Shown: positions 1 through 13,029 of the stretch, one piece after another
How the letters are laid out: every line of letters starts with the position of its first letter
Position numbering within the stretch: the stretch's first letter is position 1
NCBI RefSeq assembly: GCF_001194135.2
Contig: NC_068983.1
Coordinates: forward strand, 159,505,666 to 159,569,665
Length of the DNA: 64,000 nt
Source of the DNA: Octopus bimaculoides
Lineage: Eukaryota
Direction: 5' to 3'
Notes under the pieces: model-generated
Seen by the model: only the letters and a program-made list of their open reading frames with translations
Database searches by the model: none
Told to the model about the DNA's origin: nothing
Translations under genes and position numbers: made by a program

Positions 1-401
1 ACTATAAATTTTGATAACTTTAGTTATTTAAATAAAAGTCCTATTTTTTAAAAAATTTAAAAGTGCGAGTAGAGCAATGCACACATGATACCCTAAGGTC
101 TAATCTATTATTGATTAGATTAGGATTGTTCCTAAGTTTAAAATTTTAAAAATTTCTACATTTTTTCGTGCAGCTGAAGATTGCTCTTCATATTGCATTT
201 AAGGTAATGCTCACATTACTTAAATAAATTGAAGTAGCATGAAACATGCGTACTGCAATCACTTTTGAAATCCGTGTTGCTTATTATTTGATTTTAATCA
301 CCCATCCTTTTGGGATGTGATATTCGGGTGCCTTCGCATAAGTACCATATTCAAGCCTTGAATCTATATCTAAACCGCATATATATATATATTTATATAT
401 A

Positions 402-570
402 CGTGGACATGAATAGGGTGGGGCAATCAGGGTACATGCCCTGGGTGCTACTTTGAGGGAGTGCAACTTTGGCCAAGATCATTTTCTAATTAAGCCATTA
501 AACAAAATGTTCGCCGAGGGGCGCAATTTTGATGCTTGCCTTCGCCATCAATTACTCTAGCTACACCCTT
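402..570. mobile_element. Possible degenerate hAT-like MITE
   Basis: GC-richer island. The right end TAGCTACACCCTTG and the left part GGGTGGGGCAATCAGGGTACATGCCCTGGG resemble CAGGGGCGTAGCTA-type non-autonomous elements. The left TIR is poorly preserved. Confidence 0.3.
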
Positions 571-571
571 G

Positions 572-611
<40 letters not shown>

Positions 612-1000
612 ATGTATGTATGTACATATATACTTGCACGTGTACAGTCGCTCATAAAATGATCAACACAATTTTATTAAACTACTAATTTCTACACCAA
701 GTAAAAAAGGTGTCATTTTTCAAATCTTCATTCAATAAAAACTAATTTGAAAAAACTAAAATATAAACTATAAAGGGACATTATCAAAAACTACATCAAT
801 TTTCGGGCTGCAACCGCAAATATGACACGCTCATATATAGTGTAACAGTTTAGTAAAAGAAAAGAAAAGATAGAATTTGATGTAACCCTTTTCTTTCTAA
901 CATATTTTCCATATTTCGAATATTTGTTATTATTCGATTTAACACTGGTTTAAAGAACTGTCGCTTTTGAGGTAATTCGTTTTGATCAATCGTATTTCAG

Positions 1001-1049
1001 TAAACTGTTTTTGATAAATTTCAACCAATACTTTTCCTACTGGATGATG
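1001..1049 (+). CDS. Candidate isolated internal exon (KLFLINFNQYFSYWMM)
   Basis: GTATTTCAG acceptor ending at 1000 and consensus GTGAGT donor at 1050. Only one frame is open across the 49 nt. No homology recognised. Confidence 0.25.
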
Positions 1050-1427
1050 GTGAGTCCTTTAGACTTTTAGACTCAAATAATCTTCCCTTTACAGCAATAC
1101 TCATAGAGTGAGATTTATGTATTTCTTTCCACTCCAGATTTCACCACATGGTAACTTTTGAATTCATTGTATCAATATAAATTTACCTTTACAACTTTTC
1201 AACTGTTTATCAAAGCAAACATTGTCTTTTCATTCAGAAAGTAGTCAGTTTGCTTTAAATTTATTGGACATGAATACAGTGGCGAATCGGGGATTCAAAA
1301 GGTTTCTTCTCTAAGGACTCCGACTCTCTTTTGTCAGAATTTTAATTCCAATCAAAGTAGAATTATTGTACATATAAAGAAAACAATCTTGAACTCTAAA
1401 TATAACCTGCAAACCAGCGAAGATAAT

Positions 1428-1577
1428 ATGATTGTGTGGTAAGAGGTTTGCGCTTCAACAACAATTCCGGGTTAGTTCCTACTGCGTGTCACCTTGGGCA
1501 TTTGTCTTCTACTATAGCTTTGGGCCGACCAAAACATTGTGAATGGATTTGGTAGACAGAAACCTAAAAATTCCCGT

Positions 1578-1673
<96 letters not shown>

Positions 1674-1916
1674 TGTGTGTGTGTGTGTGCGCGCGCGCGC
1701 GTGTGTTATTTTGTGTTTGGGTTTTTTACCATCACCGCTTAACAACCGGTGTGGGCTTGTTTACGCCCCCGTTATCTAGCAGTTCGGCAAAAGGAAACGA
1801 TGCAATATGTACTAAACTTTAAAAAAATAATTACTGCGTTAATTTGGTTGACTTAAACCCTTCAAGGCGGTGCCTCATCATAGCCGCTGTCTAATGGCTG
1901 AAACAAGTAAACAATA
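1428..1916 (+). mobile_element. tRNA-headed SINE family A with internal (TA)n(TG)n
   Basis: Head TGTGTGGTAAGA...CTGCGTGTCACCTTGGGCA, body GGATTTGGTAGACAGAAAC, microsatellite 1581-1702, tail AAGGCGGTGCC...TGAAACAAGTAAA. Matches copies at 5392, 18480, 49385 and 60620. Confidence 0.75.
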
Positions 1917-2536
1917 ATATCCAACAGTTGGGAGTCAGAAATCCCCGGCCTTTGTAAAATAACCAGGAGTGAGTAGCTCTTGCCACAATGTCTTTCTAAG
2001 AGCGGGACATTCTGATATAAAACCTGCAGCTTCACGTGATTAGTGTTCATCCTCCTCAGCCTTGTTATTAGATACTAATCATATAGATCAGAGAGTGGTA
2101 CTTGTGTTATACAAGCGTTTATCACTAAGTACAGATGTCACTTTATGATAATCTCATTTGCCATTCCATCTATTAAAAACCTTATAGTGAGGTAAAAGTG
2201 GTGACGTGTGCGGATTTAACCAGTAGGAAGCGCACTGTTACGAAGCTACACATAGGCAACAGGAACCGTGTTCGGTCTGCAAAGACATTTAACATTACAC
2301 AAAGATCATGTCCCACAAAGCGATCCAATCAGACCAGTGGATTTACAACTTTCGTCTGTCACCAATGGTTCGAATCATGCAGATCTGCAGCAGAACTGAA
2401 GTGGCATCAGAGAGGTTAAGAAGGGAAAATCAGAAATTCCATTGTCAACGAGGAAGTACGAAAATACCGCAATCATTTGTGAAGATGTAGCAATGACCAT
2501 ATAATAGACGTATATACACACATACGCACGCACTCA

Positions 2537-2610
<74 letters not shown>

Positions 2611-2619
2611 AGTAGTCGA

Positions 2620-3720
2620 TTGAGAAAAAATGGCACAAAAAAGACAAACAGAGTATGCAGATCCTTAACACGTGTAGGACAAATTTGACCTCTCAAAAAA
2701 AAAAGAAAATCATATTGGAAAATTACGATGACTCCAGTACAAAGGTTTATTACAATTCCAGTCAATCAAACTCCGCTCACAAGATGCTGGTTAACCCGAA
2801 GCTATAGAACCAAATATTAAGGAAACCGTTGCATAGTGGAATAGAACCTAGAAGTACGTGCTTGCGAAGTGAAGTTCTTAATATACAGCTATACCTGTAA
2901 ATGTTACAGTATAGTTTTGATCAAGATTTAGTTACTATTTCCAGCATTTCGAGTGACCACCTAGACACCCTCTCATTTGCTCGTGACTGAAGCTGTTGAA
3001 ACCGTCTGTGTATTAGTTGGAAAGAACTAGTTGTGGCCGAGATATTAATGAAGATTATATGCCAGATAAAGAGTCGAGAATAATAAAGTACCCGCTAATA
3101 TAATGGAAATCACTTGACACTTGAGGTTGATATTTAAAGGTATGAAGTACGTGACTTAACTGAATTTCTTATAATGAAAGGCTATGACAAATGTTAACAA
3201 AACAGTTCGGTTTTATTCCAAACGTGAGTGTATCATTAATCAGTTTTACATGGAAGCGAATCGCAAATATCTGTCACAGATGATGTATTGCAGAACTGGC
3301 TGAACTATTTATTGCCAATCGGGTCATTATTTGCTTGCAGAACTTTAGCGATTTAGAATTTTCTTACTTCTGATGGTTAATTTGATTCGCATTTGTAAAA
3401 AAGCAAACAGAAGCAAAAAATATAATCAAACCTATGAGGATAGTTCTTAGGCTAGAATTAGCACCACAGACACTATCAAATTATACCCGACAGAATAAAT
3501 ACCAATAAATAGAAGGAAACAGACGATGATGTAGATCTTGATATATTATGACAGAGGAGAAGGGAGGGAGACTGGTCGCGGCTGAAATAACAGTCGATAA
3601 AAAAAAATTGGCACAGAAAAAGCAAACAGAACATGTAGACCCTTAACACGTGTAGGAGAAATTTGACCCTTCAAAAAAAGAAATATATTGAGAAATTATA
3701 ATGACTCCAGTACGAAAGTC
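2620..3720 (+). repeat. Dispersed direct repeat of about 135 bp (copies at about 2620-2755 and 3600-3720)
   Basis: Both copies share CCTTAACACGTGTAGGA.AAATTTGACC and ATGACTCCAGTAC. Confidence 0.7.
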
Positions 3721-4864
3721 ATATATAAACCCTACAATACAGAACACACGTACAACTTTATTAAAGTAAATCTAAACTCTTTATAAAACCTAAAACATAA
3801 GAGGAAATTGGAAAAGCGTCTCGCATCTGTCTACAATATTTGTCAGTCTCCCCACCACCACCACCACCACCGCAAGAATATGGCTGAATATGAAAAAACA
3901 ATTATATAGCTGACGATAGTCAATGTACATTATATAAGCATTACAAAAAGTCATACATATTCAAATATAATTACCTACAGTAATAACTAAATAACTTCGT
4001 AGTATGAGAATCTCATCACACGCTACATTCAAATTTCAATAATACAAGAGACAATGACACGTCCACAACAGAACTCACTTTAATATACTTTATACCTTGA
4101 TGACGTAGACAAGGCTAAACTATAGGGAATCCTCGCCAAATAATATAATCATGCATGATGTTCATAGATACTATAAGCCACATGGTACAAATAACAGGGA
4201 ATGAAATACGCAAGAAATGTAGACTTTCAGATGAAAACAAGAAATAGTAATATAAGTATATTCTGCTGTCTGTCAATCTCTTCAACCGTATTTGGTGACA
4301 ACCGGTGTACAAAATCTTTACATTCTTCTACACACCACTAGGCAAACCCTCGTGCATAAAACATACCTACAATAATAATTATTAGGAAAATAAACAAAAC
4401 ACCTACATTAACATTGTAAAACCCCGTAGAACCCTCGTCAACAAGATTTAGAATCATATCTCATATTACTCAATATTTCCAAAGCATAGAAGCTTCTAAA
4501 CAGTATCTCTTACTGCGCGAAATAAACATAATACAAATTGCACAATTGAAACATCATCCTGATAATGACTGGAGACAAACCCAACGATAACAAGCGCTCT
4601 CTTTACATGCTCACTCACACACACACGCACATACACACACCGTGTAATTCAGCATAAAATAACTAAACAATAATGTATAAAAATGTGCAAAAGAGCAAAA
4701 AATGGATGAACATCAAGATCAGGTGTAAAACACGATGCATGTAATATATCTATTAACAATGATCACACCACATTAGAATTGACAGACACAACCTTAGGTA
4801 ATTGTCTACCCTCTAGTAAAAAGATATTCCTTCTCTAGTCATATAAACTCACAGGACTAGTTTC

Positions 4865-5072
4865 TCGGTTTCTATAGCATATATATACTTCCCACCTGAA
4901 CAGGACGCCGGTCCGTCGCAGAATTACTCATTTTTGCCGGTCGACTGAACTGGAGCAATGTGAAATGAAGTGTTTTGCTCAAGAATACAACGCCTCACCC
5001 GGTCCAGGAATTGAAACCACATCTTAAGATCATGAATCCAACACCCACACCGCTAAGCCAAGCGCCGCCGCG
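4865..5072 (-). mobile_element. tRNA-headed CORE-like SINE
   Basis: The reverse complement has A-box GGCTTAGCGG, B-box GGTTTCAATTCC, CORE-like TTCTTGAGCAAAACACTTCATTTCACATTGCTCCAG and tail CTGCGACGGACCGGCGTCCTGTTCAGG. Confidence 0.65.
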
Positions 5073-5391
5073 TTTTCCCTCTGATAGAGAGCAAAATTAT
5101 TTTGAAATATTCTGTCCAAAACCACTCAGTAAAAACAAAGAAATAATAAATTATGATAGCAGCCAACTTCTTACTTCAGATACAATAAAAGTACTTGGGA
5201 ATTAAAAAAAAAAAAGAGAAAATTTAAAATTGAGAACAATGGAATTACAAACACGCTTTCACACCCAAAGCCAAAAAGAGTTCGTTTACTTTTTAGCATT
5301 TTCTACATTCCATACGAAACTTACGCAATCCATAGAATAGCAGATCTGTGAAAAAGCAGAGCAATGCAAAAGTACAACGAAAATGTTAACG

Positions 5392-5574
5392 CAGGCGTGG
5401 TTGTGTGGTAAGAAACTTGCTTCCCAACCACATGGTTTCGGGTTCAGTTCCACTGCGTGGCACCTTGCGCGATTGTTTTCCACTATAGCCGATTAAAGCC
5501 GATTAAAGCCTTGTGTATGGATTTGGTATACAGAAACTGAAGGCCGTTGTATGTATGTACACACACACACACAC

Positions 5575-5614
<40 letters not shown>

Positions 5615-5835
5615 CTGTGCGTATGTGTGTCTTTGCATCTGTGTTTATCCCCCACCAGTGCTTGACAACCGGTGTTATTGTGTTTACGTTCCGTAACTTA
5701 GCGGTTCTGTAAACGAAACGATGGAATAAGTACCAGATTTAAAAATATAAGTGCTGGGGTCGATTCATTCGATTAACAATAACTCAAAGCGCTTCATTCA
5801 ATTAACAATGACTAGAACAAGGGAAACAAACGAAC
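5392..5835 (+). mobile_element. SINE family A
   Basis: GCAGGCGTGGTTGTGTGGTAAGAAACTTGCTTCCCAACCACATGGTTTCGGGTTCAGTTCCACTGCGTGGCACC head with an internal (CA)n. Confidence 0.8.
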
Positions 5836-6329
5836 GAATAAAAGATGAAAGACAAATGAGTATAGATCTACCATCTTCCTATTCTCACGCTAAAATCTAG
5901 AAATGTATCATATTCAGCTTTCCAACTGACAATATGAATTTAGATAAGTTCGTTCAAAGACCAGAGCTTTATGAAATCCAGTCAGCGCGGGCGTTCCATC
6001 TCACTAGAAATAACAGCAAGCCTCCATCAACCTCATACTCTGTTTGTATAAAAATATAGGTGGTATCGGTTGCAATGTCTTTTCGATCAGAAAGGATGAA
6101 GGAATAAAGAACAAATTTACACTACGAACAAATGGTATTTTATCCTTACGAACTCTACTAAATGGCATCGATGTAATCAAACCCTTAGTTTTATTCAATA
6201 TAATATTTTATTATGAAAGAAAGGACAAAGCCCGAAAATACAAAACTCCTTCTTTCGTCACCAATCCTATATGGTGTATGGTAACAAGATTTGTAGAATT
6301 TTAAATTTCGGGTAAAATAAACACTTCTG

Positions 6330-6688
6330 ACTAGTTATGTTTAATAAAAAAAAAAACTTATTTACCTAAGTTATAACATCATCGCCCCCAAAATAGTCAC
6401 CCTGCGCAGCAATACTCGGTCCCAGCGGTCCTGCAACTTTTGTAATCCGGCCTGGAAGTCGAGGACCTTCTGTGATTCGCCCTTGATCATGACAACGGGT
6501 GTTAAAACGGCGACCTTAGAGACATATTTTCATCTTGAGGAAGAGACAGAAGTCTGCAGGAGCTAAATCTGGTGAATAGGGTGGGTGCGGAAGCTATACC
6601 CAGTTGATTTTGGCGAGAAAACCGTGTGCTGCCATCTGTTGGCGCGTTTCAGAACTAGTCCGGGAACTTTTTGATACTACCTCGCATA
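6330..6688 (-). mobile_element. Internally deleted mariner (TIR joined to transposase C-terminus)
   Basis: The minus strand starts TATGCGAGGTAGTATCAAAAAGTTCCCGGACTAGT (mariner-type TIR), then encodes LPHPPYSPDLAPADFCLFLKMK and, after frameshifts, QKLQDRWD..AAQGDYF. YSPDLAP is the mariner signature motif. Confidence 0.85.
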
Positions 6689-8049
6689 TTTAGATTATAC
6701 TTGAATCTACTCATACTCCTAAAAAACATGCAGACAGACTCATACCCAGATTATGTCACTACCACATCCTCTCGTCATTCCCCAGACAGCAATACAGCAT
6801 CTACTATTTGCAGGTAACTGAGATAGTACTTAGAGTTCTCAGCTACGTCGAAGAACATGAAACATAATTAGCCATTGCTTTAGACAACGTCAATACCGTG
6901 CAACATTAAATTAGTGACTGATTACTCGACTTAGTAGAAATGACAGCCAAAAAAGACCCCAAATTAATCTTTACTCACTTAAAAATGACACATTAAATAA
7001 TATTGTCTGCAGTGCTCAAGCCTGAAAATAGATAGTCGTGAATGCAATTCTTGTGATCATAAATCTGTTTGTTTAAATCTGATTTCGTGATAAGGAAAAA
7101 CAACAGCAAAGTTAATGCATACACAGAAGATACAACATAAAATGACACACAACCATATCCAGAATATGTGTATGTAAATAGAAGCAAATAAGCAGCAATA
7201 TCAGTAGAGAAACAAAGTTTTAGATCCATCATATACTGTGTATTATGGCAAGCTTGCTTAGGTGTTCATTTTGTCAATAAAGATCTTTAACGGACTATGA
7301 AGAATACGAAACAGTCAACCAACACAAGGAAATAGTAATTCTTAAACTGAAAGATCACCTTGACATACAAAGTGTATAGTTTATCATCACAGATAACGAG
7401 CCTAGTATTTCTTTTCCTTGTACAAACACCAACAAACAAGTACATATATATCTATATCTCCTTCTAACCCTATTATAGCACCATCTTAATAACTCCATCC
7501 TTTATACTCAGTCCAGAAAAACACAACTACAAAACACGTACAAAAACAACAGAAACAATAACAGTACCATTAATCCCAAATATTGATATCCATTACCATA
7601 GTAACACTTCTTTCCTTCTAATGTACCATCTCGCACGTCTTTGCGGTAGCTACTCTGGTACCTGCGGAATGGATAGTGAGGCAAGAATATAATATTCTCG
7701 GATTACCATATTACAATCCAACTGACAAACCACGACGCGCCAGTGCTCAGCATAATTATTACCGAGATGGAACCATGTTATACCTGGAACTGTAGGTCGC
7801 GTATAATCGATTGAATAACTATCAATGCATTATAATTTTGTTCGATCTCACATATCCGATAACTGACTACTGGTATCCTAAGCAAAAGCGAAAAAATAGC
7901 ATGTGATATCAAACTGTCTATGCATGTAACATAGACGTAAAGTGTAGGCGGGCACTCGTCTGATAATGTATAGTTGAGACATCTGTAACGCACAACCTAA
8001 GCTTAATAATTATTTTTATTTTTGCTATACACCCACAAAGTTCTATTGA

Positions 8050-9350
8050 ACGGATCAAGTCGATTAAGTCTAATTAGTATAATACAGGAACTTATTTTAT
8101 CCACGACTAAGGATAATAGAATTTACTTTGGTAAACTTAGGCTCGTCAGAATTTTAAAGTCAGCTCAAAAGTACATAACATAAAACAAAATATTTCATGT
8201 GACGACATCCCGTATCAGCCAATCGACAACCTTCATCTTGATCTTTCACATATGACCCGAAATGATTAGAATGAGGCATAATCGATTATATTGGTCTCAA
8301 TACTTGACTGGTATTGTAATATAGTGATTCCAAAAGGATGAAGGGTAGAATTTGAACTCTGAAAGTACAGAGTTGGAAAATATATCGCAAGCCTGAAACT
8401 CCAACGATTCTACGAATTCACCTTCCCTTGGGCTAAAAACATTTTCGTTCATTGGTCTTAGATCTGTCCGGGAAATTTAAGCTTGAAAGAATCAACCGAA
8501 GTCACGACTTGTATTTTGTAATCATAGAATTATTAAAGACAAATACATCTTGAACTAATTTGGAAACTTAATACTGATGAGGCATTTTATCTAAACGATC
8601 CTGATGTTTCTATACTCTGTCAGTGTATTTTAGCTTAAATGGGTTTTCATCGGTTTTAAGTAACTGAGCATTTCACGGACACGTGTATACTCAACAGAAA
8701 TCCTAAGGTAAAATCAGCATAAGACTATGTGACAGGGCTTGATTTTGTAAACGGGATTCTGCATAGTTTCCAGCTGTCCGTTTCACTCACAAGGTTTGAG
8801 TCGACCCGGATGTATAGTAAAAATCAGTTGCCCAAGATGTTACCTACTAGTATCGAACGCTTGACATCATAAGTGCGAAGTTCTTAACCATCGGCCACTT
8901 TTAGTTTCATTATCAGTTGTCGATTTTATTTGTCAGATCAAATTAAAACAAACACTTGAGCTTTCGTGATGAGAGGTGTTGATCAATAGCTGATCAGATT
9001 CATTATCGTTTTACTCAACCCAGCGGTGTCTGTGACTTATGGAATGTCAAACAAAACTAGTAATCATAACCATATTACAGGACTGGTTTACATTGAGTTA
9101 TATCTTTCACACGTTTGCCGTGCTATGACAATAATAGTTTCTAACATTTCCACTGGACATGAAATTTGGAGAAATGGGGTTTAGTCGATTAAATTGACAT
9201 CAGTGTTTGAGTGGTACTTTATTTTATAGACCCAAAAGGATGAAAAACAGTTGACCATCGCAGTATTGAACGCAGAACATAAATAGACGGAATAAATTCT
9301 ATAAAGTATTTTTTCTGAATCTCTAACGATTTTGCTGGTTCGCCACCTTT
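8050..9350 (-). mobile_element. Three degenerate SINE family B copies (about 8050-8190, 8275-8420, 9140-9350)
   Basis: Decayed matches to GTCGATTA..GAC..GGTACTT..AAAGGATGAA..GAATTTGAACTC. Confidence 0.5.
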
Positions 9351-10753
9351 AATACCTCCAATAATGAAAACAGCGTCAGAAGGAAACTGTAGTGATAGCT
9401 TTCATGATAGGACTGTTTGATCAGAGTCGACTTAAGGGAAGGTGATTATACGTAAAGTTATAACGTTTAGTATTCTCCTCGATATGAAAAAAAGGAGAGA
9501 GGTGAACAGATCTCAGCTGATAATCGAAATCATGTCGCTGACTAGTTTATTTGTGGATGCACTACGGCCCTATGAAACTTGACATAACAGACGTCCATGC
9601 AGTAACAACACAATGAACAACATAAAGACTTCAATACTATTTTACCATTGCTGATGTCACTGACCCACACTATTCTGATTGATTTGGCCGTGAAGATTTT
9701 TCAGTTCAGTGCTTCAGAAGCTAACATAATTGTGAAATATTCAAGGGACACTTCCCTAGCTTACGATACTCCCTCGTACTTATTTAAAGCTAATGTATTT
9801 GCAAGTGATAAGATGCGGCGCCACTGACGGTTTTCAAACTGCGACGCTCGACCAAATATTATTACTAAGTCTAGGAATCCTTAAAACTTCATTAAAATAT
9901 TGATGCTCAAACTTGATTAATGTTACTAATTTGATAATGACTAAAACACAGAAAAAGTAAAATAACAATGTCTAGATTAACATTAGCAACTTTATAGTCG
10001 ACCAACAGTGAAAGAGACGGTAATAAATGTTACAATACTAAATACTAAACATACTATTAAATGTAACAAAGGCAACAACAACAATCACGAAAATAATAGT
10101 AATTGTAATGTTCGTTTTAATGAGCGTATCATTTAGCAATGCTTTAATAATGAATGGAACTGATTAATTATCTTGAGACTGCTAAAATAGCTCCTTAATT
10201 AGTAACAGAAAAAAGATGATTACGAAAAGAACAAGCAAGGAAGAAATAACAATTAACCTTTTCCCTAATGCTTCATTTTAATTCTAGTACAATGAAGACT
10301 CTGGTGAAAACTGAAGCTAAAAGTCACCTGTTTTATATCTTTTCTTTACTGTTTGAAACCAAAAGTGCAACAAGTATGTCTTAATATTATTGCTCTGTAG
10401 GCGAAATAATGAACTTCACAAAGATTATAATTACTTTGCTAAAGATCACCCTGAAGCAGATATTTTGATTTATTGAAATCTGTTTGCAATTATTTGTTGT
10501 AATAAATGGTGAGAGAAGTTGAATAGAAGCCAGCTCGCTATGAATACTCTCCATGTCACAGTTCCAATCTCTGTTTGCGGTAATTTCAGCTGATAATTGT
10601 CACCAATGTGTCTGAACTGTCATTAACGGCGTGTCGATTCGTATGCGTGTCCAGCATAGGGTACATTCTAGCATATACGGTCCCTGGACTCCGTTCTCAA
10701 CGAAATAAGCTAATATGGAACTGATCTCACTAATCTTAATTATCTTCACCTAC

Positions 10754-10798
10754 CTAACATTGCTCTACCTGATACAAGGATGAATGTTGTCATGAAAG
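10754..10798 (-). CDS. Candidate 45-nt phase 1-1 exon (A)FMTTFILVSGRAML(G)
   Basis: Minus-strand acceptor TCTTGTGTTTCAG and donor GTAGGT; hydrophobic frame. Could be chance. Confidence 0.2.
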
Positions 10799-11373
10799 CT
10801 GAAACACAAGATGGTCAATAAAAGACGTCCAATTCGGAGATTAAAAGTGAGAAATAGTGTCGTAATGTATACCGTTTCTCTAGATGTTTCCAAAGAATCT
10901 GCTTTATACGCTTTTAAAAAGAAAGATTGGTAAATATTCCACTAATACTAAATATGAAGATGGAAAAAACAAAAAGTCTATAACGGGCCTCATGGGTCAC
11001 TTCCACATCAGATTTGAACTAAATAGGAACAGCTACGTAAAGTGGAAATTTAAACTAAATTTGCGCACAAGTAGATATGAAATGTGATCAGTAGGACACA
11101 ATAAGTCGAGAATGAGAATCCATAAATTACTTTCTGCTACAAAGAGACGAAGAACTTTTACAGGATATCCTGGAAAAAATAGGCCTCAAAAAAGGGAGGA
11201 ATCGAAAGTAAAGAAGGCTTAAAGACGTGAGTTTAAGAGAAGAAAAGAAAAGCACTATTAATAACGAATATCCGAATTCGAGTCTGAAAGTTTCGGGGTT
11301 GCTTTTCCTCTTTAATCTAGAGAGGGAGTTTGAAACATTTTTGACATCCGCCCATGATCACACTTTGAATATG

Positions 11374-11753
11374 TGAATATGTGTGTATTGGCACTCCGTC
11401 GCTTACGACGTCGAGGGTTCCAGTTGATCCAATCAACGGAACAACCTGCTCATGAAATTAACGTGCAAGTGGCTGAGCACTCCACAGGCACGTGTACCCT
11501 TAACGTAGTTCTCAGGGATATTCAGCGTGACACAGTGTGACAAGGCTGACCCTTTTAAATACAGGCACAACAGAAACAGGAAGTAAGAGTGAGAGTAAGT
11601 TGTGGTGGAAGAGTACAGCAGGGTTCGCCACCATCCCCTGCCGGAGCCTCGTAGAGCTTTAGGTGCTTTCGCTCAATAAACACTCACAACGTCCGGTCTG
11701 CGAATCGAAACCGTGATCCTATGACCGCGAGTCCACTGTCTTAACCACTGGGC
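11374..11753 (-). mobile_element. tRNA-headed SINE family D (about 380 bp)
   Basis: The reverse complement begins GCCCAGTGGTTAAGACAGTGGACTCGCGGTCATAGGATCACGGTTTCGATTCG (A and B boxes) and continues without a tRNA 3' end. The tail ends GGATCAACTGGAACCCTCGACGTCGTAAGCGACGGAGTGCCA. Confidence 0.8.
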
Positions 11754-11834
11754 NNNNNNNNNNNNNNNNNNNNNNNNNNNNNNNNNNNNNNNNNNNNNNN
11801 NNNNNNNNNNNNNNNNNNNNNNNNNNNNNNNNNN

Positions 11835-11876
<42 letters not shown>

Positions 11877-11974
11877 GTGAGAGTGTGTGTGTATGTATGT
11901 ATGTGTTTATGTATGTATGTATGTATGTATGTATGTTTGTGTGTATGTGTGTGCTTGTGTGTGTGTATAATTGG

Positions 11975-12215
11975 CAAAAGTAGAAAGTATCTTCAACATA
12001 GATGTTGTTTCTGGAAACCAAGACATGACCAGACCATGAAAGGAATTGATAAAAAAAAAAAAAGAAATGGCTGTTCTAACTTGCAAACAGAAATTGCGCG
12101 AGATAATCAGAGTTACCATTCGGTACCTCTCAAGCTGAAGTTTCTTGAGGAAATAAATCTTGAAAGACGAACTGCTCTCATTCAAAAGACTACACTGTTG
12201 GGCATATGACACCAT
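11975..12215 (+). mobile_element. Old R4/Dong-clade LINE C-terminal remnant
   Basis: Frame ...SNLQTEIAR...VP...LKFLEEINLERRTALIQKTTLLGI resembles the C-terminus YKNLEAEITRMW...IQKIALLGTAHILRK of the copy at 19600. Confidence 0.5.
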
Positions 12216-12374
12216 CAGCTCAGTACTTTATTCTATAGACCTCGGTTTGAGGAAAGGCAAAGTTGACCTCGTCGTGATTTGAACTGAAAACTGTAAAGAG
12301 AATGGAAAAAGCTGCAATACATACTGCAAAAGCATTTTGCCCGGCGTGCAAACGAATCTTCCATCTCACCGTCT

Positions 12375-12416
<42 letters not shown>

Positions 12417-12463
12417 TTCTACTACAGCTGCTGCTGCTGCTTCTGCTGCTACTACTACTATTT

Positions 12464-12502
<39 letters not shown>

Positions 12503-12774
12503 ATAATAATAATATTCCTTTCTACTATTGGCACAAGGCCTGACATTTTGCGGGAGGAGACTAATCGATTACATTGACCCTAATATTTCACCGGTACTCA
12601 GTTTATCGATCCCGAAAGGATGACAGACAAAGTCGACCTCAGTTGAATTTGAACTCAGAATGTAAAGACTGACGAAACGCCGCTAAGCATCCCCCCCCCC
12701 CCNNNNNNNNNNNNNNNNNNNNNNNNNNNNNNNNNNNNNNNNNNNNNNNNNNNNNNNNNNNNNNNNNNNNNNNN

Positions 12775-12852
<78 letters not shown>

Positions 12853-12985
12853 ATGATGTTTTCAAACTAGCACACGGCCAGCAAGTTAGGGTGGAGGGAA
12901 TAAGTCGATTGCATCAACCCCGGTGCTTGACTGCTAATTATTTTATCAAAGCCGAAGGACGAAAGGCAAAGTCGTAAGTAGTTAG
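12210..12985 (-). mobile_element. Three stacked SINE family B copies separated by (CTA)n/(TAA)n/(CTG)n/(ATG)n
   Basis: Copies at about 12210-12375, 12515-12690 and 12862-12985. The middle copy has GGATGACAGACAAAGTCGACCTCAGTTGAATTTGAACTCAGAATGTAAAGACTGACGAAACGCCGCTAAGCAT. Confidence 0.8.
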
Positions 12986-13029
12986 GGTAATACTCCTTAG
13001 AGATGTGGCTTCGGTTTTTTTTTCCGATT

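Noticed and set aside
2190-2420. C2H2 zinc-finger gene
   Set aside because: Cys/His pairs are split across frames with stops; at most a decayed retroelement C-terminal finger.
10500-10790. FN3/TSP1-like GPWTPFS plus TM-like stretch (+), and iGluR-like WRVFIASWLLF (-)
   Set aside because: Short motif resemblances interrupted by stops, without coherent splice sites; indistinguishable from chance.
11700-11753. tRNA-like A/B boxes here and at 29237, 51998 and 5392
   Set aside because: They continue into SINE bodies and lack an acceptor stem and T-arm closure, so they are SINE heads rather than tRNA genes.
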